A stretch of 64,000 nt of DNA from an uncultured delta proteobacterium (GCA_963796685.1 CAWCMR010000008.1:288001-352000), one strand, 5' to 3'; shown: positions 19,177 through 30,948, counted from the first letter of the stretch. Notes: generated by a model from the sequence alone, not told the origin. Numbers and translations are program-made.

Positions 19177-19268
19177 CTGGCGGATGCCGAAGCCGGTCGA
19201 ACCATGGACACCAAAGAGCTTCTGCGCCGTCGCGAAGAAACGGCGGTCCGCGGGGCGGTAGCCTTGAA
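19177..19268 (+). pseudogene. Remnant copy of the 3' end of the Phd antitoxin gene (direct repeat of 34929-35019)
   Basis: CTGGCGGATGCCGAAGCCGGTCGAACCATGGACAC...GCGGGGCGGTAGC is near-identical at both sites (LADAEAGRTMDTKELLRR). Confidence 0.8.
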
Positions 19269-19558
19269 CGCGCTTGCAGCAGGATGATGGTGAGCGAGCA
19301 CCCGATCGCGCTGGTTGAACATGGCGACCCAAATGCTGGCTCCTGGGTCGCCGTTCCCGCGCTTCGATCTCGCCGAAGCTGCGCGGCGATCCGCGCGACC
19401 TAAATGTATTTTGAGCGCGGCCAACCCGACCTCGGTAAGCTGCATTTCTTGGAGTCGTCGAAAGCAGAGGAGGCCGGGGCAATTCGCCCGGGCCTCCTGT
19501 TGAGCGCTGCCAGTTAACCGCCGTGCATCCGACGCACGGTCAGCGTCCAGCCTTCGGT

Positions 19559-21391
19559 CTACCGAAGGCTCGGAAGGACCCGCGTGCCCTCGATCTGGAC
19601 GGCCGTCAGCGCGTGCGGGTTGAGCCCCAGGAGAGCGAGGATCGTCGGTGCAACCTGGGTGGTCTCGACGGGGGTGGACTCGACCTGAACCGGTATGCTC
19701 GGGCCGCTGACAACCATCAGGACGTGTCGGTCGCCGGTGTTCATACCGCCGTGCTCGGCCAGCTTGGTCGGCTTCGCGTAGACGATGCCCACCTGGACTT
19801 TGCCGAAGACGTCCGGGTAGTGACCGTTGTCGACCGGGACGCCGAAGAAGTGGGCGGCTTCCGCGCCGGCCCAGATCTCGGCGAGGCCCGAGTGCTGGAC
19901 GGTGACGGGGTTCTTATTGACGTCGAAACCATCAGCGGTGTGGTTCCACAGGTAGCTCTTGACGAAGTCGCAAGCGGCCTGCGAGTTGTCCGACAGGTAC
20001 GACTGCCACAGGTCGTCGTTGGTTCCGGCAACGATCAGGCTCGTGTTGCTCGGGTGCAGCTGCGCCCAGGCTGCGTTGATCGCGCTGACGATCGGGCCGT
20101 CCTTGACGGTGATGAGCTTGTTCGGATCCTGCGGCGACTGGCCGTGCTTTGCCGTGACGATGATCGCCGTCGAGCCCGCCAGGCCGTCCTTGTGGATCGT
20201 GGAAACCATGCGGCCCAGTTGAGCGTCGACGTAGTCGAGCGCGCTCGAGAGGACGGGGCCGGGAACGAGCTGACCGTTGACCCACTGGTAACCACATGCC
20301 TCCGGAGCGCTGGTGGTGTAATTCCCACTGGCGTCCGGACCGATCAACGTCGTCGGAGTCGAGCGGATCTTCTGCGCGACCGAGACGGTCTGGAAGTTCA
20401 TGCCGAAGATCGCGGGGGTGCCGACGCGGGTCTTGCCCGAGTGGTCGAGACCGTCGATCTCATTCAGGATGGCCTGGACCTTGTAGCCGTCGTACTGCTT
20501 GGTCGCCGCGTTGATGTGCGCCCAGTCGTCGTCCTGCGGGTAAGGGACACCGTTCGGCATGACAGCCTGCGAGTCGATCTCCGGCGAGAAGAGGTCGTCG
20601 ATGCTCCGGCCGTTCGAGTCCGGACCATTGAACGATGCGTAGACCTCGTGCTTGTCAGACCAGGCGGTGCGCAGGCCGGCATCGTGGATGATCTGGAAGA
20701 TCGTGTTCACGCCCAGGTAGTCCCACGGGGTGATCGGCTGGCAGGTCTTCGGGTCTACTGGGAACGTGCCCGGGTTGAGCGACGTCTCCGGGTCGAACTT
20801 CAGGTCCATGATCGCGGCGGGGTTGGTGTCAACGCCGTTGGCGAAGATCGAACCGTCCTCGTCGAACGACGGGAAAGTGTTGCCGCTCCCGTTATTCAGC
20901 AGGTCCTGCACGGCGGGAAGCGCGTCGTCCGGCGAGTCATAGATGACGTCACCGCCGGTGGCCGGCTGGCCAGGGGTGCAGGCAGCGCCCGCCTCGTCGA
21001 CCTTGTGGCTGTACTCGACGTCATAGAAGACGCCGGTCGATTTGGGGTTACCGCCGGTCATCAGCGCGGTGCCACCCGGGTCGGAGTCCGACGGGTTGGA
21101 GGTCGCCGCGTTGGTGTACTCGGTGCCGGAGTGAACCAACTTGGCAAGCGGCGAGTGTGGGTGGTTGGCGACGTACCAGTCAAGGTCACTCTGGTGCATG
21201 CCATCGACGCTGATGAGGAGGACGTGATCAATATCTCGCTTCCCCTGGTCATGGTCACCCTGGCTATGGTCGACGTGGGTGGCGAGAGCCGCCGAGACGG
21301 GGGCGGCGTTGTCGGTGGAACCGGGCTGGTTGGTTCCGCACGCGGTCAAGATGGACAAGGCAAACAACGAGGCGTTCTTCTTGTAGGTCAT
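19559..21391 (-). CDS. Alkaline phosphatase/nucleotide pyrophosphatase superfamily lipoprotein
   Basis: Lipobox LTAC, HVLLISVDGMH, PSDSDPG, TAKHGQSP, AEHGG, QVAPT; GGAG RBS. Confidence 0.82.
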   Translation of the reverse strand: MTYKKNASLFALSILTACGTNQPGSTDNAAPVSAALATHVDHSQGDHDQGKRDIDHVLLISVDGMHQSDLDWYVANHPHSPLAKLVHSGTEYTNAATSNPSDSDPGGTALMTGGNPKSTGVFYDVEYSHKVDEAGAACTPGQPATGGDVIYDSPDDALPAVQDLLNNGSGNTFPSFDEDGSIFANGVDTNPAAIMDLKFDPETSLNPGTFPVDPKTCQPITPWDYLGVNTIFQIIHDAGLRTAWSDKHEVYASFNGPDSNGRSIDDLFSPEIDSQAVMPNGVPYPQDDDWAHINAATKQYDGYKVQAILNEIDGLDHSGKTRVGTPAIFGMNFQTVSVAQKIRSTPTTLIGPDASGNYTTSAPEACGYQWVNGQLVPGPVLSSALDYVDAQLGRMVSTIHKDGLAGSTAIIVTAKHGQSPQDPNKLITVKDGPIVSAINAAWAQLHPSNTSLIVAGTNDDLWQSYLSDNSQAACDFVKSYLWNHTADGFDVNKNPVTVQHSGLAEIWAGAEAAHFFGVPVDNGHYPDVFGKVQVGIVYAKPTKLAEHGGMNTGDRHVLMVVSGPSIPVQVESTPVETTQVAPTILALLGLNPHALTAVQIEGTRVLPSLR

Positions 21392-21613
21392 CGAACATCT
21401 CCTTTGGAGCAGATGCCGATGCCATTACCGCACACCGATCGGTGTTGCCCGTGTCGGTTTCGCAACTTTTTGGTCGCCTGGTCGGAGGGGAACCTTTTCG
21501 TCAGAATCACCGGGAACCAGGGAAACACCTTCTCGGCGCACCTTTCATGGGTGATTGGGTCGCCCGGCGCCCCCCCGAACGACCATGTCACGACGAGTTG
21601 CTGCCCAAGGTGC

Positions 21614-21642
21614 TTGCCAACATGGCCAAGTAGCCATATACT
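21614..21642 (+). promoter_or_regulatory. Sigma70 promoter with ArsR-type operator
   Basis: TTGCCA-17nt-TATACT with ATGGC-N6-GCCAT between the boxes. A near copy lies at 21983-22006. Confidence 0.65.
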
Positions 21643-21655
21643 TGTCATCGAATCT

Positions 21656-21952
21656 ATGACAGCCAAGAGCGATGACATATTTCGTCGGCAGGCGCGCGTG
21701 CTCAAAGCACTCGCAAATGAGTCCCGACTCAAGATCGTCGACCGTCTCTCCAAAGGGGAATGCTCGGTAGGTGACCTGACCGACATGATTGGCTCGGATC
21801 GTTCGACCGTATCGAAGCACCTGGCGGTACTTCGAGCTCACGACATCGTGCTCGACCGGCGGGAAGGGAACGTCGTCTACTACTCCCTGCTCATCCCTTG
21901 CGTGATGAACTTCTTCTCGTGTGCCACCCAGGTGCTGAAGGAACGGACGTAG
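21656..21952 (+). CDS. ArsR/SmtB family transcriptional regulator
   Basis: KALANESRLKI, STVSKHL, REGNVVYYSL, C-terminal C-x6-C. Confidence 0.9.
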   Translation: MTAKSDDIFRRQARVLKALANESRLKIVDRLSKGECSVGDLTDMIGSDRSTVSKHLAVLRAHDIVLDRREGNVVYYSLLIPCVMNFFSCATQVLKERT

Positions 21953-22023
21953 CGAGCGGCTCCTCTCTTTTTTGAGTGAATGTTGTCAATATGGCCAAGT
22001 CACCATGCACCGAGGATGTAACG

Positions 22024-23103
22024 GTGAAGCAAGTACCCTCCCAAATACATGTAGAACGGCTTCCCGTCACAGTCCCATCCAACCGTGGGCGGTTTGTGTT
22101 GCGGTTATCACTCTCGCTATTCGCGGTGATGGCCTGGTGGCTCGTGTATCGCAATCTCGAACCGTTCGCCAAGTGGCTGACTTATGACCTGCTGAATATG
22201 ACCGCCGGTAACCGTCTGGCCCTGGCGGTTGAGTTCTTCATCTTCGAGGCGCCCAAGGTCCTGATGCTTCTTACCTTGGTTGTCTTCGGCGTGGGAATCG
22301 TGCGTTCGTTCTTCACCCCCGAACGAACCCGCCGCATCCTCGCCGGCAAGCGCGAGTCAGTAGGCAACGTGCTGGCCTCGCTGCTCGGTGTGGTGACGCC
22401 GTTTTGTTCTTGTTCGGCCGTGCCGCTGTTCATTGGCTTCGTCACGACAGGCGTTCCGCTGGGCGTGACATTTTCGTTCCTCATCGCCGCGCCGATGATC
22501 AACGAGGTCGCGCTTGTGTTGCTCTTCGGCCTCTTCGGCTGGAAGGTCGCGGCGCTCTACATGGGCACGGGCCTGGTCATCGCTATCGTCGCCGGTTGGG
22601 TCATCGGGCGATTGCGGCTCGAACGCTGGGTTGAACGGTGGGTCTACGAGACCAAGACTGGCGCGGCTGCGGAGGCGTCGAGCCCAACTTGGGCGGACAG
22701 GGGTCGCGCGGGTCGCGACGCTGTCAAGGACATCGTCGGCAAGGTGTGGCCGTATGTGCTGGCCGGCATCGCCGTCGGCGCCGGCATCCACGGCTACGTC
22801 CCACAGGATTTCATGGCCTCGATCATGGGCAAGGGGGCGTGGTGGTCTGTCCCTCTTGCCGTGGTGATTGGCATTCCGATGTACTCGAACGCGGCTGGCA
22901 TCATTCCCATCGTTCAGGCCCTGCTCGGCAAGGGCGCGGCCCTCGGCACCGTGCTCGCGTTCATGATGTCGGTCATTGGGTTATCGCTGCCGGAAATGGT
23001 CATCTTGCGAAAGGTTCTGAAGGTTCCGCTCATCGTGACTTTCGCGGGCGTGGTCGGCCTTGGGATTCTGATCGTGGGCTATCTGTTCAACATTGTTCTG
23101 TGA
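22024..23103 (+). CDS. ArsP/DUF318 family permease (start uncertain)
   Basis: TPFCSCSAVPLF, FLIAAPMINE, GIPMYSNAAG, LSLPE. Confidence 0.88.
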   Translation: MKQVPSQIHVERLPVTVPSNRGRFVLRLSLSLFAVMAWWLVYRNLEPFAKWLTYDLLNMTAGNRLALAVEFFIFEAPKVLMLLTLVVFGVGIVRSFFTPERTRRILAGKRESVGNVLASLLGVVTPFCSCSAVPLFIGFVTTGVPLGVTFSFLIAAPMINEVALVLLFGLFGWKVAALYMGTGLVIAIVAGWVIGRLRLERWVERWVYETKTGAAAEASSPTWADRGRAGRDAVKDIVGKVWPYVLAGIAVGAGIHGYVPQDFMASIMGKGAWWSVPLAVVIGIPMYSNAAGIIPIVQALLGKGAALGTVLAFMMSVIGLSLPEMVILRKVLKVPLIVTFAGVVGLGILIVGYLFNIVL

Positions 23104-23148
23104 CCGAGCGCAGTCTAAAGCGACGAGAGTAACAAACGGAGACAAGAT

Positions 23149-23397
23149 ATGAAGATCAAGGTTCTAGGTACGGGTTGCGCCAAATGCAAATTGCTCTACG
23201 CCGAAGCCCAGAAGGCCATCGCCTCGGCCGGTATCGGAGTGGAGCTGGAGAAGGTCGAGAAAATTGACGAGATCATGAAGTACGGCGTGATGATGACGCC
23301 GGCTCTAGTCATCGAGGACGAGGTCAAGGCCAGCGGACGAATTCCGCGGGCCGACGAGATCGTGTCGTGGATCGCGACCGCAGCTGCGCGAGCGTGA
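23149..23397 (+). CDS. Small redox-active disulfide protein (MTH895/Thioredoxin_3 family)
   Basis: IKVLGTGCAKC, YGVMMTPAL. Confidence 0.9.
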   Translation: MKIKVLGTGCAKCKLLYAEAQKAIASAGIGVELEKVEKIDEIMKYGVMMTPALVIEDEVKASGRIPRADEIVSWIATAAARA

Positions 23398-23401
23398 CCG
23401 C

Positions 23402-24109
23402 ATGCTCGACAGCTTCGTAGCCAACGTCAATCAGTACCTCCACACCAACCCCTGGTTGGCGTTGGTCGCCGTATTCGTGGGCGGGATCCTCACCGCCTCG
23501 AATCCCTGCGTGCTCGCGATGATTCCCCTGATGATGAGCTTCGTCGCCGGTCGAAAAGAGGATAGGCCGGGTGTTGGACGCGCCTTCTTATTCTCGCTCG
23601 TGTTCATCGTCGGGTTGGCCGTGACTTTCACGGTGCTCGGGATGATCGCCGCGCTCGCGGGAAAGATGTACGGAGATGTTTCCGGCGTCTGGAACTGGAT
23701 TGTCGCCGCCGTCTGCGTGGTGATGGGCCTGCATCTCATGGGGGTTCTGACGGTCCCCATCCCGTCGCTGGGGGGCAAGCTGCAGCCCAAGACCCGCGGC
23801 TTTCTCGGCTCGTTCGTCTTGGGACTTCTTTTCGGCGTTGTATCAGCGCCCTGTGCAGCGCCCATTCTCGTGGTTCTGCTGACCTATCTTGCCGGCTCAG
23901 GTGCTTCGATTCCCTGGGGTGGCACCCTCTTGCTTGTCTATGCCCTCGGGCATAGCGTTCTCATTCTACTCGCCGGCACATCCATGGGTGCGGCGAGACA
24001 ACTCATCGAAAACAAGAAGGCCACGCACGTGCTCGGGTTCCTGCGCAGACTTGCAGGAGCCGCGATTGTGCTAGTCGGCGTGTACTTCGCCTACCGAGGT
24101 CTGCAATGA
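23402..24109 (+). CDS. ccdA: CcdA/DsbD transmembrane thiol-exchange protein
   Basis: NPCVL and APCAAP motifs, about 6 TM helices. Confidence 0.88.
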   Translation: MLDSFVANVNQYLHTNPWLALVAVFVGGILTASNPCVLAMIPLMMSFVAGRKEDRPGVGRAFLFSLVFIVGLAVTFTVLGMIAALAGKMYGDVSGVWNWIVAAVCVVMGLHLMGVLTVPIPSLGGKLQPKTRGFLGSFVLGLLFGVVSAPCAAPILVVLLTYLAGSGASIPWGGTLLLVYALGHSVLILLAGTSMGAARQLIENKKATHVLGFLRRLAGAAIVLVGVYFAYRGLQ

Positions 24110-24546
24110 CAACATCGAAACTGTCCGCTCTGTCGTTCTGCCTGATACTTGTCTCCTTGGCTGACCTCGGTTGCGAGCGCTCCCGGGCGGCCACCACCGC
24201 ACCACCAGCGGCGGTGAAGGCGGCCGAGACCGCGCCTGCCACTCTAAACAGCTCGAAGGTGACGAAGATCGTCTTCGTCGGCAAGAAGCACGCCTGCGAC
24301 TGCACGCGAAAATCGGTCGATGCCGGCTGGGCTGCCCTGCAAACCGCGCTTGGCACGCCGCCCAAGCTGCCGATCGAGCGCTTCCAGGTCGACACCCAAG
24401 GCGAACGCGTGGAGCCCTATCGGCAGCAGAAGCCGATCATGGCTTTGCCGGCCATCTACTTCGTGGATGGGAAGGGTGCGGTGACGGAGCTGCTGCAGGG
24501 AGAGGTCACGTCGGAGCAGATCGGCGGCGTACTGAACCGCAAATGA
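24106..24546 (+). CDS. Putative thioredoxin-fold lipoprotein (ACDC motif)
   Basis: Signal peptide ending LGC, a CxC motif and ALPAIYFVD; ATGA-coupled on both sides. Confidence 0.6.
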   Translation: MTTSKLSALSFCLILVSLADLGCERSRAATTAPPAAVKAAETAPATLNSSKVTKIVFVGKKHACDCTRKSVDAGWAALQTALGTPPKLPIERFQVDTQGERVEPYRQQKPIMALPAIYFVDGKGAVTELLQGEVTSEQIGGVLNRK

Positions 24547-25220
24547 GTGAGCCGACGGCCGCCGCTAACAGCCTTACGGAACGAACTCGCGAGCTCCTTG
24601 CCCCTTGGTTCCGAGAACGTCGCTTCACGCGAGGCGAGCTGCTGTGGCGCGAGGGCGAGACGACCGGCCTGCTGGTTGCGATTCGCACTGGCCACGTGAA
24701 GATCTACCGCCTCCTACCGACTGGACGGGCGGTCACGCTCTTCGTCTTCGGCCCGGGTGAAGTCTTCGGTTTCCTGCCCTTCCTAGACGGTGAACCATAC
24801 CCCGCCTACGCACAAGCCATCGACGACACAGTTGCCGACGTAATGTCGCGTGCCGATCTCGTGGAGGCGGTTCGAAAAAGCCCCGATGTCGCGATGACGC
24901 TTCTGTCGTTCCTGGGGAGGAGGTTACGCGAAGCTTTCGACCGCATCGAGACGCAATCGACGCCGGGGGCACTAGCCCGGGTGGCCGCCGCCATTCAGGC
25001 GCTGGTATTGTCCGAGGCAACCGAGAGCTCCACCGTGATTCTGGAGCTGCCCGTCTCGTCCGCGGAGTTCGCCGCCGCCATCGGCGTGAGCCCCGAGACC
25101 CTCTCGCGCGCGGTTTCGCGACTGGTGGCCGACGGCGTCGTGCACCGGATCGGGTCGGGACGCTTGCAAGTCCTGGATTTGGCGGCTCTCGACCGAGCCG
25201 CGCGCTCTTCACGTCCCTGA
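24543..25220 (+). CDS. Crp/Fnr family regulator
   Basis: cNMP-binding-like GHVKI...GPGEVFG; HTH with PETLSR. Confidence 0.88.
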   Translation: MSEPTAAANSLTERTRELLAPWFRERRFTRGELLWREGETTGLLVAIRTGHVKIYRLLPTGRAVTLFVFGPGEVFGFLPFLDGEPYPAYAQAIDDTVADVMSRADLVEAVRKSPDVAMTLLSFLGRRLREAFDRIETQSTPGALARVAAAIQALVLSEATESSTVILELPVSSAEFAAAIGVSPETLSRAVSRLVADGVVHRIGSGRLQVLDLAALDRAARSSRP

Positions 25221-25252
25221 TCGCGTCCTCGCGCACCGAAAAGCGCACTCTC

Positions 25253-25266
25253 TTGACCGCCGTCAA
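25253..25266. promoter_or_regulatory. FNR-type box upstream of the RND operon
   Basis: TTGAC-CGCC-GTCAA palindrome next to a regulator carrying ExxSR. Confidence 0.6.
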
Positions 25267-25313
25267 GGCGGGCCTCCCGGGAAAGGGGGAAAAAGGAGTG
25301 GCGGAGGCTGAAT

Positions 25314-26402
25314 ATGAAGAAGCGCGTGCTTGCAGTTGTCTTGGCTCTTATCGTCGTGACAGGCGGCGCGATGCTGGTGGTTCACAAGCGCCGAGCCCTC
25401 GCGCGCTTGCCGGTCCCGGCCAGTCCACCCGTTCCTGTCTCGGTTGCGGTCGTCAAGGACGGCGCGGTCGCGGATACCATCCAAACCCTGGCGGTCGTTC
25501 AATCGGATCGGTCGAGCACGGTCGCCGCTCAGGTGCCGGGAACGGTCTTGGAGGCACGCGGTCGCGAAGGAGATCGGGTCAAAAAGGGCCAGCTCCTTGC
25601 GCGCATCGACGCTCGCACCCTTCACGATGCCGCCGAAGCGGCGCGGGCCCGAGTGGCCGCAGCCGAGGAAGACCTTCGCAAACAGCAGACCATCTTTCAG
25701 CGAGACAAGTCGCTCTTCGAGTCGAAGGACATCCCCCAACAGACCTTCGACATCAGCAAAGCGCAGCTCGAGCTTTCCCGGGCCAACAAGACCGTCGCCG
25801 AGCGCGCCTACGAGAGCGCGCGCACCTCGCGAGCCTACGCCGACGTCGTGGCTCCCTATGCCGGCGTGATCACGGCGCGACTGGTGGAGCCGGGAGACAT
25901 CGCCACGCCAGGCAAGCCGCTCTTTACCCTGCAAATCCAGGGACACGTGCGCGTGCTCTCGAAGGTCGCCCAGGAGGTGCTCTCCCGCTTGCAGGTCGGA
26001 GGCAACGTCACGTTCTCCGCCAACGGTCAGACCCTGCCGGCCCGGGTGTCGCGCATCTATCCGGCCCTCGACGCCGCACGCCTCGGCGTGGTCGAAACGG
26101 ATCTCGAAGCTGCCCCCTTCGGCCTGCCATCCGGAGCCACCTTGGCTGCGTCCTACTCCGCGGCGCCCGCGTCGGGAATGGTCATTCCAGCGGCGGCCCT
26201 GTTGCAAGGGCTGAAAGAGACGGTGGTCGTCCGCGTGCACGACGGGGTCACGGAGGCGGTGCCGGTCACGGTGACCGGCCGCACGGCCTCGGAAGCCATC
26301 GTCGTCGGCAAGCTCGCGCCCGGGCAGAGCGTCGTGCTCGGCCTTCCCAGCGAGCTCATGGCTTTGTCGAGCGGCGTGCGCGTAAGCGCACTGGAGAAGT
26401 GA
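25314..26402 (+). CDS. RND efflux periplasmic adaptor (MFP)
   Basis: N-terminal TM, EGDRVKKGQLLARID, VAPYAGVI, VEPGD. Confidence 0.9.
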   Translation: MKKRVLAVVLALIVVTGGAMLVVHKRRALARLPVPASPPVPVSVAVVKDGAVADTIQTLAVVQSDRSSTVAAQVPGTVLEARGREGDRVKKGQLLARIDARTLHDAAEAARARVAAAEEDLRKQQTIFQRDKSLFESKDIPQQTFDISKAQLELSRANKTVAERAYESARTSRAYADVVAPYAGVITARLVEPGDIATPGKPLFTLQIQGHVRVLSKVAQEVLSRLQVGGNVTFSANGQTLPARVSRIYPALDAARLGVVETDLEAAPFGLPSGATLAASYSAAPASGMVIPAAALLQGLKETVVVRVHDGVTEAVPVTVTGRTASEAIVVGKLAPGQSVVLGLPSELMALSSGVRVSALEK

Positions 26403-26405
26403 CCC

Positions 26406-29400
26406 ATGCGACTCGTCGAAGCCTACGTGCGCAAACCTCACCTGCTGCTGTCGATCGTTCTGTTGCTCGCGGTCGTGGGGCTGGTCGGTTACTTCAAGAT
26501 GCCGGTGAACCTGTTCCCAGACAGCGAGCGGCCCCAGATCTCCGTGGTGACCGTGTGGCCGGGTGCCTCGTCCGACGACATCTCCAGCGACGTGGCCCGA
26601 GTCATCGAGAAAGAGCTGAAGACCATCGAGCTGGTCCGGCGGGTGGTATCCACCTCGAACGACGAATCGTGCGTGGTCACCGTCGAGTTCGAATACCAGA
26701 AGGGGCTCGATTCCGCCGCGACCGACGTCACCAACAGCCTCAACAAGATTCGCACGCTCCTGCCCGCCGATATCCGCCCGTTTCAGGTCTACAAGGTCTC
26801 GTCCGCCACGCCCGCGGTCATGACCCTCGCGCTCACCCCGAACGCGGACTCCCACCTCGATCTGTCGATGATTCGGCAGCTTGCCGACAATCCCATCAAG
26901 GAGCGTCTGCTGCGGGTGCCCGGGGTCGACAACGTGGAGATCTTCGGCGGGTACCAGCCGGTGGTCCGCGTGACCCTCGACCCGAATCGCCTGGAGACCT
27001 TTCGCCTCACCCCTGGGCAAATCTCCGCGGCCCTAAACGCCTGGAACCGCAACACACCCGAAGGTCTGGTCGTCACCGATTCCACCCACGTGCTGCTGAA
27101 GAATCAGGGCGCCTTCGAACGAAGCGAGGAGCTTGCCCAGGTCGTGGTCAGCAGTGTGGCGGGGCCGCCGGTGTACTTGCGCGACGTCGGCACGGTCGAG
27201 AGGAGCGTGCAGGAACGGCTCTCGGCCTTTCATGGCAATGGCAAGCCGGCCATCGGCATCAACATTCAGCGCTCGCTGTCCGGCTACGCCCTGCCGACCA
27301 TCAACGCGGCCCTGGGGGCCGTGCCGGAGCTCGAACGACAGCATCCCAACATTCACTTCGAGGTGGCCGACACCCAGCAGGAGCTGATCCACAACAGCGT
27401 GGCCAACATGGTCGATGCGCTTCGGGACGCCATCATCATGACCGTCATGGTGATCTTCCTCTTCCTCGCTGACCTGCGGGGCATGCTGCTCACCGCGATC
27501 TCCATTCCGTTCACCTACCTCATCACGTTCGGCCTGATGTGGCTGCTCGGCTTCCAGTTCGACATGGTCACCCTCACCGGCGTGATCCTCGGCGTCGGCA
27601 TGTTGCTCGACGACGCCATCGTGGTGCTGGAGAACATCGAACGCCACTACCACACGCTCGGCAAGGACATGCGCCATGCAGTCATCGGCGGCACGCAAGA
27701 GGTGATGCTCGCCATTCTCTCGGGTACCTACGCCACCGTGGTCGTGCTGATCCCCATCATCTTCATCGGCGGCTTCGTGCAGACCGTGCTGCGCCCGCTC
27801 GCGCTCACGCTGTCCATCGCGCTGGCCGCCTCCTACGTGGTGTCGGTGACCATTCTTCCCATCTTCGCCCCGGTCATTCTGCGCCTGGGCGGGCGAGTCG
27901 GGCGTTCGCGCTGGGAAAAGGCGCTCGACGGCGTCGTCTCACGGCGGGTGCTGCACCCGATTCAAGAGTTCTTCGTGAGGGCGGTCCGACTGGCCCTGCG
28001 GCGCAAGCTCCTCTTCCTGCTGCCCGCCGTGCTCTTGCTCGTGGTCTCCGCGCGGGTCCTCATGCCCCTCAACGGCCGCGATCTCATGCCGCCCATGGAT
28101 ACGGGAATCTTCCGGGTATCCTTCGAGGCGTGGCCGAACACGTCTCTGCAACAGAGTGAAGCCTTGCTGGCCCAGGCCGAGCAGGTCATCTGGCAGCAAC
28201 CCGGTGTTCTGCGCACGTCCGCGACCCTCGGCTCCGAGCCTGGCGTCCTCTCGTTCGGCTCCGGCCGCAATGCCCAGCAGGCGTTCGTGACCGTCCATCT
28301 GGTGGACCGCTTCCACCGCAAGCAAACGTTGTGGGACGTGGAGGCCGCCGTCGCCGATCGGTTGAACACCATTGCCGGCCTGCGCTTCGTCGCCACCTAC
28401 GACTACGGCGCGACGGCCCTGTCGACCATCCGCTCAACGGTCGATCTGTCGATCAGCGGTCCCGACCCGGTAGTGCTCGACAGACTGGCCCAAGATGTAG
28501 ACCGACGGCTTCACACCGTCGGGGGGCTCAAGGCGGTGGTGCGGACCTGGACCCTCGACCGTCAAGAGCTTCGCTTCCTGCCCGATGCGAACAAGCTGGC
28601 CCTCTATGGCCTGGACGCGGCCAATGTGGCGGCTCAGGTGCAGCTCGCAGGTCAAAGGGATCCCATCCACGCTCTTCCGCGTCCCACAGCAAGACTCGTT
28701 TGCGGTGTGGGTACAAAGTCGCACCGACCGGCGCGACAGCGACCTCGACATCGCGACTTTGCCCGTGCAGACGTCCCAAGGACCTGCACCCCTGTCCGCG
28801 CTCGGTCGCATCGTGCCGGCGATCGTTCCGACCCTGCACACGCGGCAGGGCCTGCAGGAGACGGTGGACGTCCTCGGTTATCGCAACACCGCCGCCGTCA
28901 CCCACATCAATGACAACGTCGACAAGGCGATGCAAGGCCTGGTGTTGCCGCCCGGTTATGCCATCCACGAGGAAGGCGAGCGCAAGACCATGGACGAGGC
29001 GTTCGCCTTGCTGATTGCCGCGCTCCTGTTGGGGCTGTTGCTGCTGTATTTCTCGCTGGTCCCGGCCTTCAACTCGTTCCTTCATCCCATCACGATCATG
29101 GTGGCTATCCCCTTGGCGCTCATCGGTGCGACCTGGTCGATGCTCATCATGGGCAAGCACTCCTGCATGCCGGCCTTCATGGGCATGATCCTGCTGGCCG
29201 GGATCGTGGTGAAGAACAGCATTTTGCTCATCGACTTCATCGAAGAGGCTCGGCGCAATGGAGCAAGTATCAAAGACGCGCTCGAAAGCTCGGTGCGGGT
29301 GCGAACGCGGCCCATCCTGATGACCGCCGCCGCCACCGCGGTGGGGATGATCCCGATTGCCGGAGAATGGGCGATCGGGCTCGAACGACTGAGTCCCCTG

Positions 29401-29586
29401 GCGGTCGTGGCCATCGGCGGCCTTCTGGTTTCCACCTTGCTGACCCTGATCTTCGTCCCGATGTTCTACGACGTATTCGAGGGGCTGCGCGGCCGGGTTC
29501 GGAGACGCCAGCCGACCGAGCAAGGGAGTGCCAATCCATCGCTGTCACCGGCGGTCGCCGTCGCGGCAAACGCCGGGGAGGAGTAA
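26406..29586 (+). CDS. RND efflux permease, AcrB family (frameshift near 28644)
   Basis: GMLLDDAIVVLEN, GIVVKNSILLID and RTRPILMT; ORFs 26406..28913 and 28585..29586 join. Confidence 0.9.
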
Positions 29587-29588
29587 CC

Positions 29589-30948
29589 ATGTTCGTCGGA
29601 ACTATCGTCTCGTTGGTAGGTCGAAGCGGGCTCGGAGTGGCCGTGGCTCTGGCCGGTATGGTCGCGGCAGTTCCCGCCAGGGCCGAGAGCAAGGTACTCT
29701 CGCTCGACGAGGCCCTGCAAATCGCCCACGGCAAACAGCCCCAGGTGCAAGCAGCCCTGGCCCAGACCCGGCAAGCGGACGCCCGTAGCGGCCAGGCGCG
29801 CGCGGCCTATCTGCCCCGGGTGGATGCGCAAGCCCAGTATCAGAGAGCCACGCCCAACTTCTTGCTGTCGCCCATGATGGTGCACACCCCCTTGACCAAG
29901 AACTATCAGGCACAGAACGATCTCGGGCCCGGCGACACGCTGAACTACTACCTTTTCGGCATCTCGGCCAGCCAGCTCATCTACGACTTTGGCAAGACGC
30001 CTTCCCTCATCTCGCAGGCCGACGCTGTGGAACGGGCCAGCGAGGCCGATGCGCGAACCGCCGAACAAACGACCGCGTTGAACGTGCGGGTCGCCTACTT
30101 CGGCGTGCTTGCCGCCCAACAACTGGTGATGGTCGGCGAGGAGACGGTGCAGAACCAGAAGAACCACGTGGAACAGGTTCGTCGCTTCGTGGATGCGAGT
30201 CAGCGCACGCGCTTTGACCTCACCAGCGTCGAGCTGAACTTGTCCAACGCGCAACTTGCGCTGGTGCGCGCCCGCAATGCCTTGGGGCTGGCCAAGATCC
30301 GACTCAAGACCGCGATCGGCCTGGATCGCGACGGCGGATTTCACCGTGGTCGAGCCGCCGAGCTCCGATGGGGCGCTCGAACGCAGGCCCGGCAACGAGC
30401 TCATCGACGAGGCCGAGCAACATCGACCAGAGCTTCTTCGGACGGCCGCGCAGTTGCAGGCGCAGCGGGCCGGGCGGAAGGTGGCCCGGGCTGGCTATCT
30501 GCCCAGTCTCAACGCTCTCGGTGGGGTTTCCGGTGCCAAGGTCGAAGGCTTCGGTGCCGGGTATGATTGGTTCGTCGGCCTTGGCCTCAACTGGAATCTC
30601 TTCAACGGGCTCTACAGCACGAAACAGGTCGCCGAGTATCGGGCAGGCGAAGACGTAGCCGCAGCGCAGAGCGAGAGCGTCCGCCTGGCCATGGTGGCGG
30701 ACATCGAAGAGCAGCGCCTGGCCATCGTCGACGCGCAGGCGCGCTGCGATCTCGCTGACAAGACGGTTGCGACCGCAAGTGATCGCCTTGCCCAGGCCGA
30801 GCATCGCTACGCAGCCGGTGCCGGCGACGCGCTCGATCTCGACGATGCCCAGATTGCCGTCAGCAACGCCAAGGCACAGAAGGTGCAGGCACGATACGAC
30901 CTGGCCACCGCGCGGGCACGGCTCGTGCGCGCTCTCGGCCGAGAATGA
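29589..30948 (+). CDS. TolC family outer membrane factor (frameshift near 30327)
   Basis: LSLDEAL, AYLPRV, QLIYDFG, GYLPSL, WNLFNG. Confidence 0.85.

Noticed and set aside
19523-21952. 809-aa plus-strand ORF, and similar long ORFs at 8667-10904, 13166-14929, 41913-43757, 52109-53872, 57495-59462 and 61640-63568
   Set aside because: These are antisense or shifted-frame shadows of real high-GC genes. Only the last 98 aa of this ORF (ArsR) is credible.
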